A stretch of 64,000 bases of DNA from a bacterium (GTDB lineage: Bacteria; Patescibacteriota; Minisyncoccia; Phycocordibacterales; PALSA-1337): the NCBI GenBank assembly GCA_025355565.1, contig JANXZK010000010.1, positions 6,543-70,542 on the forward strand, read 5' to 3'. The position numbers were made by a program, and so were the translations under genes. Shown piece by piece: positions 1 to 7,861 of the stretch; the stretch's first letter is position 1, and each line of letters opens with the position of its first letter. Under the pieces are notes generated by a model. It was given only the letters and a program-made list of their open reading frames with translations. It did not search any database and was not told the DNA's origin.

Positions 1-1
1 G

Positions 2-721
2 CCTGTTGCCCAAGGTGGTGAGCAAGGACGAGTTCCGACTGATGATAATGTATTAGGTATTTACCCAGACAGTATTGCTTCTGAGCGTGACTATGGAGCA
101 TATATGAGAGGTAAGGGAATAACTGAAATGACTCTGGTATATACGAAAATTGACGCTATGATTCGTTTCGTAGATGCTTTCAAGCAAGGATTCCAGGGCA
201 AAACTACGGATGTTGTGATTGATTCAGCCGAGACTGATTTTAGGACGCATGCACTCAAAGCTACATCCGGTAATCCGAAAGCTATAGGTATATTTATGTT
301 CCCACAGCAAGGAGCTCAATTTATGAAAGAGTTTTTGAAACTCGCTAAGAATAAGCCAACCATATTCTTTGATACTAATTTCGTGTCCGGCTACACTGAT
401 TATCAAAGAATCATGGGAAATCTGACTGTTCTCGACGGAAGCATTGTTGGAGGCATGAAGCTCGAAGATACTCAAACATTCAAGGATGCCTACAAGGCAC
501 GTTATGGAACCGATGCGCCCTTCTTATCAGATATCGGTTATGACTCATTCAATCTCTTGGTAAAAACATATTCGCCCGATAAGGCAACATGGGTTGCTAA
601 TATGAAGAACGCTGATTTTCCGGGTGTGAGTGGTGAAATTAAATTCGGCCCCACTGGCAATCGAACACCAGAGACGAAAATGATGGTGATTCAGGGAGGG
701 AAGATGGTTGATCTGAAATAG
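2..721 (+). CDS. Branched-chain amino acid ABC transporter substrate-binding protein (LivK/LivJ-like), 5' end outside window
   Basis: Frame is open from base 2. Contains TDFR..ALK, GYDSF and GVSGEIKF..G motifs of periplasmic binding protein type 1; livG/livF lie downstream. Confidence 0.8.
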   Translation, partial: PVAQGGEQGRVPTDDNVLGIYPDSIASERDYGAYMRGKGITEMTLVYTKIDAMIRFVDAFKQGFQGKTTDVVIDSAETDFRTHALKATSGNPKAIGIFMFPQQGAQFMKEFLKLAKNKPTIFFDTNFVSGYTDYQRIMGNLTVLDGSIVGGMKLEDTQTFKDAYKARYGTDAPFLSDIGYDSFNLLVKTYSPDKATWVANMKNADFPGVSGEIKFGPTGNRTPETKMMVIQGGKMVDLK

Positions 722-744
722 GTAAATTAAGGCATAATTTATAT

Positions 745-822
745 ATGTCCCTACTTTCGACAAAGAATTTGATTAAGCATTTCGACGGCGTCTATGCAGT
801 AAATAAGCTTTCACTTTCATTT
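745..822 (+). pseudogene. 5' fragment of a second livG-like ABC ATPase
   Basis: Translates MSLLSTKNLIKHFDGVYAVNKLSLSF, near-identical to the start of the intact gene at 2629 (MAILETKHLIKHFDGVYAVNKLSLSF); similarity then stops. Confidence 0.85.
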
Positions 823-898
823 CATCGCACGCTCATCATTCGGACGAGTATTGAAAGCTATTCGTGAAGACGATCAAGCGATATCAGTTTTAGGTTTT
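821..898 (+). pseudogene. Internal fragment of a LivM-like permease
   Basis: FIARSSFGRVLKAIREDDQAISVLGF matches the LivM/LivH loop S.FGR.L.AIRED....LG. Confidence 0.7.
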
Positions 899-1246
899 AA
901 AGGTATTATCTTAGGTTATAGTCCATCTCTTACTTCTAAAGGTGTAGTTGATCAGATTAAGGATAAAAGCAATATTTATTATTCTACGCCTGTGGATCAA
1001 GAAACAACCAATTTTTGGAATGATTATAATAATAAAATTGGAGAAAAAGCAGATCAGTTTATTGCACTTGGTTATGATAGTATGAAAATTATTGCTTCTG
1101 GATTAAAGCAATGTGTCGAAAATAATAAATGTATTGCTGATTATATTGTGGGGCTTAAGGATTATCAATCTGCAAGAGGACTACTTAACTTTGATTCAGA
1201 AAGAAATCTTACTAATATAAAATTTAATACATTCCAGATTAAATAG
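890..1246 (+). pseudogene. C-terminal fragment of a LivK-like substrate-binding protein
   Basis: LGFKGIIL...ALGYDSMKII...YQSARGLLNFD; no N-terminal half or signal peptide; fused in frame to the LivM fragment. Confidence 0.7.
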
Positions 1247-1276
1247 AATTAATTAGAATTGTAATAACATATTTTC

Positions 1277-1310
1277 AACAAAAACTGCTTTATGATAAGC
1301 AGTTTTTGTT
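1277..1310. terminator. Bidirectional intrinsic terminator-like hairpin
   Basis: AACAAAAACTGCTT-tatgat-AAGCAGTTTTTGTT inverted repeat. Confidence 0.6.
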
Positions 1311-1334
1311 TTAAATTTATGATATTATATTCAT

Positions 1335-1856
1335 GTGTTCAAAAAGAAAAATAATTACGCTTTTATAGATAGTCAGAACTTGAACTTGAGTATCAAGGCT
1401 CTTGGGTGGAAGCTTGATTTTGCCAGATTTAGGAAGTATCTTACAGATAAATATGATGTTACAAAGGCATATCTATTTATAGGATATATAGATGGTAATA
1501 ATGATTTGTATATTGCTTTACAGGAAGCTGGTTATATTTGTATTTTTAAACCAACATTAGAATATAAAGATGGTACAACGAAAGGTAATTGTGATGCAGA
1601 ATTAGTTTTATGGTCAATGATAGAATATCCAAATTATGACAAAGCGATTATTGTTACCGGAGATGGAGATTTTCATTGTTTAGTTAAACACTTGATTGAA
1701 AAGCAAAAATTTTTAGCTTTACTTATTCCTAATAGGTATAGATTTTCAGCATTATTAAAAGTTGAATTATTCAAGAACCATTTACGGTTTATGAATGATT
1801 TAAGGATGAAATTAGAGTATAAAAAGAAAAGCCCTCATAAGGACAAAACCTTATAA
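1335..1856 (+). CDS. NYN-domain (LabA/DUF88, PIN-fold) ribonuclease
   Basis: FIDSQNL, KGNCDAEL and IVTGDGDF motifs with the acidic catalytic residues intact. Confidence 0.9.
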   Translation: MFKKKNNYAFIDSQNLNLSIKALGWKLDFARFRKYLTDKYDVTKAYLFIGYIDGNNDLYIALQEAGYICIFKPTLEYKDGTTKGNCDAELVLWSMIEYPNYDKAIIVTGDGDFHCLVKHLIEKQKFLALLIPNRYRFSALLKVELFKNHLRFMNDLRMKLEYKKKSPHKDKTL

Positions 1857-1880
1857 GGGAACCTTTTCCGTTGGTGATTA
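1820..1880 (-). ncRNA. Putative small antisense RNA overlapping the NYN 3' end
   Basis: Minus-strand promoter at 1886-1915, then hairpin CCCUUAUAAGG/CCUUAUGAGGG (G-U pair valid only on the minus strand), outer GAAAAG/CUUUUC helix and U-tract. Confidence 0.5.
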
Positions 1881-1885
1881 AATAT

Positions 1886-1915
1886 ATGATAACAAATAAT
1901 GTAATATAAAGTCAA
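1886..1915 (-). promoter_or_regulatory. Sigma70 promoter, convergent on the NYN gene
   Basis: TTGACT-N18-TATCAT with TG extension on the minus strand; no ORF follows it. Confidence 0.6.
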
Positions 1916-1955
1916 TAGGCGAGGTTTTTCATCTGAAATATGGTATAATATCCAC

Positions 1956-2146
1956 ATGGAACACTGGTCTGTAGACACAACGGAATTGAAGAAAGATCCC
2001 AAAGCTTATACTATTTGGAAACTTGAACAAATGATCATTTTGGCTTGGGTGAAGGTAGATTGAAGATAACTGAATTGAAAGAGTATTGGAATGTTATAGA
2101 CATAGATCCGTACAAAAGGAAGTTTTTGGAGCTAGCTTTGTCATAA
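1956..2146 (+). pseudogene. Frameshifted small protein of the type found upstream of AbiEii-like nucleotidyltransferases
   Basis: MEHWSVDTTELKKDPKAYTIWKLEQMI / FGLGEGRLKITELKEYWNVIDIDPYKRKFLELALS lie in two frames, joined by a 1-nt loss near 2037. Family assignment is from recall. Confidence 0.55.
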
Positions 2147-2152
2147 TTGGTC

Positions 2153-2242
2153 ATGTCTAACATTTTATCCGCAAATCAGATAAAAACCCTCAAACTTCTC
2201 GGCAAAGAGAAGATTATTACCGATAATTTTTATTTAACTGGA
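2153..2242 (+). pseudogene. 5' fragment of an AbiEii/AbiGii-like nucleotidyltransferase toxin
   Basis: MSNILSANQIKTLKLLGKEKIITDNFYLTG breaks off inside the FYLTGGTAL signature. Confidence 0.6.
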
Positions 2243-2483
2243 AGGTGCTGAAGGTCTATATTCAACATCTATACTAGACAAAAATTTTGTTGATAAATAC
2301 ACTGCTCACTTTGGTACCGCACCGGGATTTTTGTCTGGTTATGGTTATGACTGTTTCAATGTGATGGTTAGCACTTACAACCTAGACATGAATAAATGGT
2401 TGAGCAATATCCAAAATTACACGGGTCAAGGTGTCACTGGTAAAATCAGTTTTGATCCCGTGGGTTTCCTTGGAGATAAATAA
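2238..2483 (+). pseudogene. Third LivK-like C-terminal fragment
   Basis: LEGAEGLYSTSILDKNFVDKYTAHFGTAPGFLSGYGYDCFNVMVSTY...GQGVTGKISFDPVG aligns by eye with the C-terminus of ORF 2-721; no start codon context. Confidence 0.75.
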
Positions 2484-2555
2484 CCTCGGTAAACGATGGG
2501 ACAAGGCGCTCAAGTGCCTGATGGAGGAATAACTCCCGATTTCTTGAGATCACAA

Positions 2556-2590
2556 CGCGCAGTTAGCTTCGGCTGGCTGCGCGGTTTTTG
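2556..2590 (+). terminator. Intrinsic terminator
   Basis: CGCGCAGTTAGC-TTCG-GCTGGCTGCGCG followed by GTTTTTG. Confidence 0.75.
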
Positions 2591-2628
2591 TTTACTAAAT
2601 GATCAAAATGTGGAAAAATGTATACGTT

Positions 2629-3378
2629 ATGGCCATTCTTGAGACAAAACATTTGATTAAACACTTCGACGGCGTCTATGCCGTAAATAAGCTTTCACTT
2701 TCATTCGAGCCCGGAAGAATCACCGGCATTATTGGCCCGAATGGTTCAGGTAAATCTACGCTTGTAAATATATTGACTGGACTTATTTCTCCCAATGATG
2801 GTGAGATTATTATCAGTGGTGAGAAGTTAACGAAAATTATGCCTCATTATGTGCCGTTTTTGGGAATGACACGGACTTTTCAGGATGTAAGACTTTTTGA
2901 GCAGATGCCGGTATTGGATAACATTCTAGTTGTGTTGACGGAGAGAAGTATTTGGCCAGCGTTATTTGAAAGACATACGAGATTTCATCTTGATAAGGCG
3001 GAAGCTGTTTTGAAACAAGTCGGATTATGGGAGAAGCGCGATGAGTTGGCAAGAAATCTATCTTACGGACAGCGTAAGCTATTGGAGATTGCCAGGGTGT
3101 TAGCTATGAGTCACAGTGGCACAGGAGATCTGGAAATTGTGCTATTTGATGAACCTTTTGCTGGATTGTTTCCAGAGATGATCAAGACTGTCTCTGATGT
3201 GATGCGGGAACTACGGGCGCAGGGTAAGGCGGTAATCCTGATAGAGCATAATATGGAGCTAATTCGCGAGTTATCTGATTATTTATATGTGCTTGATTCT
3301 GGAGAGCTTTTGGCAGAAGGCAAGCCGGAAGAAGTGTTGGCGAGAAAGGATGTAATTGAGGCGTATCTTGGAGAATAA
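2629..3378 (+). CDS. livG: Branched-chain amino acid ABC transporter ATP-binding protein LivG
   Basis: GPNGSGKST, RTFQ, LSYGQRKLLEIAR, DEPFAG and IEHNM motifs; ends VIEAYLGE. Confidence 0.9.
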   Translation: MAILETKHLIKHFDGVYAVNKLSLSFEPGRITGIIGPNGSGKSTLVNILTGLISPNDGEIIISGEKLTKIMPHYVPFLGMTRTFQDVRLFEQMPVLDNILVVLTERSIWPALFERHTRFHLDKAEAVLKQVGLWEKRDELARNLSYGQRKLLEIARVLAMSHSGTGDLEIVLFDEPFAGLFPEMIKTVSDVMRELRAQGKAVILIEHNMELIRELSDYLYVLDSGELLAEGKPEEVLARKDVIEAYLGE

Positions 3379-3379
3379 T

Positions 3380-4096
3380 ATGAAAGAAATTTTATTAAAA
3401 CTCGATAACATCCACGTCCATTATGGAGGTGTCAAAGCACTCGATGGCGCGTCAATTGCCGTAGATGAAGGCGAGATTGTTGCTCTCATGGGTCCGAATG
3501 GGGCAGGTAAGTCTACGATTCTGAAAACTATATTTGGCTTGACGACTTTTGAATCTGGCAAGATCTACTGGGAAGGGCAGTCATTTACTCCTGTATCATA
3601 TGAAGTAGTAAAGCGCGGTATTTCATTCGTGCCGCAAGGACGCAGAGTGTTTAGACACCTCACTGTACTGGAAAATTTAGAGATCGGTGGATTCGGATTG
3701 TCACGAAGTGAGCGAGAGGAAAGGATAAGTAATGTGCTTGAGTTGTTTCCTGCCCTAAAGAGCAAATTAAAGGCAAAATCAGGTACTTTATCTGGTGGTC
3801 AACAACAAATGTTAGCTATCGCCAGAGGACTAATACCTGATCCTAAAGTCTTACTATTGGATGAACCGTCACTAGGTTTGGCTCCTAAAATTGTTAAGGA
3901 AGTTTTTGCGAAAATAAAGGAGATTAACGAGAGACGAAAAACGGCAGTTATCGTGGTTGAGCATAATATAAAGTCTCTTGTAGAAATATCCAATCGCGTT
4001 TATGTTATGGATAAAGGCAAGATTGTCGCTGAAGGGGATCCGAAGAAGCTTATTTCAACGGAAATTATGGAGAAGGTATTTTTGGGTAAAATGTAG
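3380..4096 (+). CDS. livF: Branched-chain amino acid ABC transporter ATP-binding protein LivF
   Basis: GPNGAGKST, VPQGRRVF..LTVLENL, LSGGQQQMLAIAR and DEPSLGLAP motifs. Confidence 0.9.
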   Translation: MKEILLKLDNIHVHYGGVKALDGASIAVDEGEIVALMGPNGAGKSTILKTIFGLTTFESGKIYWEGQSFTPVSYEVVKRGISFVPQGRRVFRHLTVLENLEIGGFGLSRSEREERISNVLELFPALKSKLKAKSGTLSGGQQQMLAIARGLIPDPKVLLLDEPSLGLAPKIVKEVFAKIKEINERRKTAVIVVEHNIKSLVEISNRVYVMDKGKIVAEGDPKKLISTEIMEKVFLGKM

Positions 4097-4336
4097 AGAT
4101 GGTGCTATTCTTATCCTTGTTACGGGTGTAGGTTTCTTGTCTGTGACCCGTAATGATTAATCTCACTGTTACTGCTATACATAAGAGCAAGAGCAGTCTT
4201 CAATGCACGATATGTTTCGTATGTGTCGTGCTTCCAGATATGGCACCGGAGAAACCTATTGTACGCCGGTGGTACCCAATAAAACGGCATCCTAAATGGG
4301 TGCCGTTTGCCGTTCCACGTTATGCACACCGTAAGC

Positions 4337-4364
4337 TTGACTTTTGGATTGAATCTGATAACCT
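4337..4364 (+). promoter_or_regulatory. Sigma70-like promoter convergent on the second NYN gene
   Basis: TTGACT-N16-TAACCT with TG extension. Confidence 0.45.
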
Positions 4365-4369
4365 ATAGA

Positions 4370-4452
4370 TGACCTTAACAGTCAATTTTCCAGAGCTTGG
4401 GGGCCTCGCAAGAGGTCCCCTTTGCATTATGTAGTTGGCTGGCTCTTATTTA
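4370..4452 (+). ncRNA. Putative small RNA at the 3' end of the second NYN gene
   Basis: GGGGGCCUC-GCAA-GAGGUCCCC hairpin (GNRA loop; G-U pair valid on the plus strand) and a possible outer AGAGCU/GGCUCU helix reaching into the last NYN codons. Confidence 0.4.
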
Positions 4453-5003
4453 TGCCCGGTACTGGTCTCATCTCTTTCTTGTAGCAGATAAACTCCTTGA
4501 TCTTTTTGACATCATAAATCTTGAGACCTTTTGCACATAGATCACTAAGTTCACTAGCTACTTTGCCGGAAGTTGCGAACAACATGACATGCTTCCTATC
4601 TGTTAGTAACTGATTAGCGGGATCTTCAAAATCACTATCTCCGCTCCACAGTATAAAAGTCTCAACATTATTATTTTCAAAATCGCGAAGCAGATCGCGT
4701 CCTATTTCTACATCAAAATTTGATTTCAAATCCTCAATTTCATAAATACCTTGTTGATTCAGTAATCGAAGCTCGTTGTTCAAAGTCTCTATGGTTTCGA
4801 CTTTGAGCTTTGCTAGAAATGGCTTTCGAATAAAGTTCTTCAACAATTCAGGCGAATTTGCCGGAATACTGGAAGCGTCAATAGATAGTTTCAATATTTT
4901 GACAGGTTTGGTTCGCACAATGTAACCGAAATGCTTGGCATCCTCAATTAACATTTTTGAATAGGGATTCGTCTTCAGAGTTCCATGATAAAACTTCACC
5001 TCG
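4427..5003 (-). pseudogene. NYN-domain protein, apparently 5'-truncated
   Basis: VKFYHG, TKPVK, KSNFDVEIG and LWSGDSDF motifs present; the N-terminal D..N catalytic motif is missing and the upstream frame looks non-coding. Confidence 0.7.
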
Positions 5004-5250
5004 CAAGATAGTCCCGTGAGCAAGCACGCCACTGCTGACAAGCAAGGGCAGTTTTGTTTATATTTATTCTGGAAAAATAATTCAATTGTCGCATACCACA
5101 AACTTGTACGACATCAAGGTATGGCTTAATGAGGGAAGTGGAGCTGAGCAGCTACTTATCGGATCAATACAGTGTCGCACAATAAGCAGTTCGACTGGTG
5201 TTTTCGTCATAGAAACTATGTGCGAAAGGATCATTCGCGACATTTTGTGC

Positions 5251-5279
5251 TTGACAGAACTATCAGGAGGTGATATACT
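5251..5279 (+). promoter_or_regulatory. Strong sigma70 promoter
   Basis: TTGACA-N17-TATACT with TG extension. Confidence 0.8.
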
Positions 5280-5360
5280 ACTTATTATGTTGATGAAATG
5301 TAGTAATCAACCGGTTTGCCTGACGATTAGGCAAGTTAGTTTATTACAGAAAGGTAAAAT

Positions 5361-5618
5361 ATGCCAATCAGTAAAGAAAGACTCGGGGAGCTCGCGTTGA
5401 TGGGACTTTATGCAAAACTGGAACGTGACGGAATCAAACTAGCGCCGAAAGAAATTAAGCGTCAAATCCACAACGAGGCCAAGAGCATGGGGATACCAGC
5501 AGCTGAGCTTGCTGAGCTCGTGAAGCTGATCTACAAGAAGGCCTATGAAGAGACAATGGCCCAACTTGAAGAAATCAGTCCGTCGGCAAAGGTTGCGGTG
5601 AATGAAGACAACACCTAA
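5361..5618 (+). CDS. Hypothetical protein (85 aa)
   Basis: Has its own promoter, an AAAGGT SD-like sequence, helical composition and a downstream terminator. Confidence 0.7.
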   Translation: MPISKERLGELALMGLYAKLERDGIKLAPKEIKRQIHNEAKSMGIPAAELAELVKLIYKKAYEETMAQLEEISPSAKVAVNEDNT

Positions 5619-5732
5619 ACAGTGTTTATTCTACACCACCTAAAGGGATAATTCCGATTTGTCAGTAGCTGATCTGCTTCGGCCGATCTGCATAACGCAA
5701 ATCTAAGAGAATAAGAACCCTACCTCTCCGTT

Positions 5733-5766
5733 GATCCCTCAGGCCACAAGCTTGGGGGATCTTTTT
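5733..5766 (+). terminator. Intrinsic terminator
   Basis: GATCCCTCAGG/CTTGGGGGATC stem plus T-run. Confidence 0.75.
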
Positions 5767-5873
5767 GTTGCTTCATTATACAACATCTTTCCCTAACTTG
5801 TGATATTATATTAGCGCAATTGGAGGGTATTTCATTTATTAACTAGTTGATCATTATTAATAAAATTATTAAC

Positions 5874-7442
5874 ATGAAAAAATACGTCGTCTCAATAGTC
5901 ACGCTATCGATCATATTTTCGTTTGCGGTAATGCCTTCTGCATTTGTATCACAATCACGGGTGCATGCTCAGACGATGTCGGCGAATTCCTGCTACACAT
6001 TCGCTAGAAGTTTTGGAGTAGGGACACGCCTATCTTCAGCAGAAGCAAGCGCTTTGCAGAGAGTTATAATTAATGAGGGACTTTGGAGTTCGACGAGCGT
6101 AGTTTCTTCATATGATGAGACTCTGGCATCAGCGGTAGTCGGACTTCAGGAGAAATACACCACAGATATTCTCACGCCAAATGGATTGAGTCATGGCACT
6201 GGGTATTTTGGAAATTCCACACGTGCTAAAGTGAATTCATTGTATGGATGTGGTGCTTCGACACAACCGAGCACCAGCCCGATCTCTTCAGGTTCTAATC
6301 AAGGTCTAGCCTTAGCATGTCCGGTTGGCTACACTTGTAGAGCTACGAATCCAGTAGTCAGCTGTCCGGCGAACTACACTTGTAGAACTTCTCCAGGCAC
6401 ACCGCAGAACGGAATTTGTCCAGCAGGTTATATTTGCAATCCTGTTACCACTCCTACAACTCAACCGCCAGCTTATACATGCCCAGCCGGATTTATTTGT
6501 CGGCCTGCCAGTTCACAAAATCCAACGGCTCCAGCTCTAAGCTATATATCTCCAACCTCGGCACCTCTCGGAGGATGGATCACTATATACGGTTCTGGTT
6601 TCTCGAGTCCTTCTACCGCGGTCATATTCTATGGGAACGGCACGTCACAACAAGTTTCTCCAAACTCGATATCCTCGGACGGAACAACTATCAACGTGGT
6701 CGTTCCCTCAGATTTGAGTGCTGGAACATATCGTATAACAGTTGCGAATCTAGGAAATGGATTAACATCAGAGAGTGGAAATGGAGCAACTCTTAATATA
6801 TGTCCCATTGGGTATACTTGTTCAACGGGGCAAGTTACTTCAACTTCTCCTGCGATGCCCCAATGTCCTGCAGGATATTCATGTTGGTCGACACAAGGTA
6901 CTCCTCAAAGTGGTAACTGCCCAGCAGGATTTACGTGTTCCAACACCAATACTACAGCTACGACTCCGACTGCAGTCTGTCCTTCTGGGTTTACTTGTAA
7001 CACTACTAATCCTGTAACAACAATTGCACCAGGTATTTCAACTCCAACACAGCCTACTCCTGTTGCCCCCAAACTAACAGTTATCTCACCTAATGGAGGA
7101 GAGGTGTATTACGTAGGTCAACCGATAACGGTTTCATTTAGCACGAATATTTCTGGCCCAGCCGATGTTATTCTTATGGGATATAACGGTGATTCATTTA
7201 CAGGTAAGACCTATGATTTCGGTTCTGGAACTGCCCCAGACAACTTCAGCATAGTACCAGCCGGAAGTAATCAATATACATTCACAATGAATGGTTATAT
7301 GCTTGCGCAAGTCGGTGTCTTGAGCGGCGGAGGAACGTTCAAGATAAAGGTGAGCCAGCAGGGGGATAATAATCGCTACAATGAAGGTATGAGCGCTTCA
7401 AAAGGAAATGATGTCGCACAATATATCTTTCCGACAATATAG
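5874..7442 (+). CDS. Secreted surface protein: peptidoglycan-binding-like domain, 8 CPxGY/FxC repeats, IPT/TIG domain, C-terminal Ig-like domain
   Basis: Signal peptide ending VHA-Q; T.SAV..LQEKY...GTGYFG.STRAKVN; ISPTSAP.GG.ITIYGSGF; LTVISPNGGE. Confidence 0.75.
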   Translation: MKKYVVSIVTLSIIFSFAVMPSAFVSQSRVHAQTMSANSCYTFARSFGVGTRLSSAEASALQRVIINEGLWSSTSVVSSYDETLASAVVGLQEKYTTDILTPNGLSHGTGYFGNSTRAKVNSLYGCGASTQPSTSPISSGSNQGLALACPVGYTCRATNPVVSCPANYTCRTSPGTPQNGICPAGYICNPVTTPTTQPPAYTCPAGFICRPASSQNPTAPALSYISPTSAPLGGWITIYGSGFSSPSTAVIFYGNGTSQQVSPNSISSDGTTINVVVPSDLSAGTYRITVANLGNGLTSESGNGATLNICPIGYTCSTGQVTSTSPAMPQCPAGYSCWSTQGTPQSGNCPAGFTCSNTNTTATTPTAVCPSGFTCNTTNPVTTIAPGISTPTQPTPVAPKLTVISPNGGEVYYVGQPITVSFSTNISGPADVILMGYNGDSFTGKTYDFGSGTAPDNFSIVPAGSNQYTFTMNGYMLAQVGVLSGGGTFKIKVSQQGDNNRYNEGMSASKGNDVAQYIFPTI

Positions 7443-7510
7443 CTATTGTGAAAGAAAGAAGGTGGTATTCCCTGCCGCCGTTAAAATTTCAGAATTAGTG
7501 AATCAATTCT

Positions 7511-7756
7511 CTACGCCTGTTTCGAGATCAGTGGAGAGATCAGATGGTTCCAAATGAATGCCAGGATGACACTCAGGTATTTGTCCCAGATCGTCATCGC
7601 TAGACCACTCACAAACTTCCAATTGTCTCGGAATGTTGGTGAAGCGACTATTCCACGCAGATTGAGTCCAAAGTACGCCAAGACGATCAATATGACGGCA
7701 ATAAAGATCACCGTACGGATCAAACCACCTCTATTTGTATTGTTGTAGGCTATCAT
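7511..7756 (-). CDS. Small membrane protein
   Basis: RGGLIRTVIFIAVILIVLAYFGLNLR hydrophobic helix; TAAAAT 7 nt upstream of the ATG. Confidence 0.7.
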   Translation of the reverse strand: MIAYNNTNRGGLIRTVIFIAVILIVLAYFGLNLRGIVASPTFRDNWKFVSGLAMTIWDKYLSVILAFIWNHLISPLISKQA

Positions 7757-7861
7757 GCTAATCATTTTATCCTTTTTATCAAAAAAGCGCCTCATAGTTA
7801 TGCACAGCACAGTTTTCTATTCATCTTTCTATTCATCGTCCATTTCTGTTTTTTGATCCAT

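Noticed and set aside
4153-4368. 71-aa ORF after livF
   Set aside because: No recognisable motif and it contains the predicted sRNA promoter; not excluded, but unsupported.
5082-5210. Histidine phosphatase 5' stub (MTKTPVELLIVRH, minus strand)
   Set aside because: Only 13 residues resemble the RHG motif, which is too short to call.
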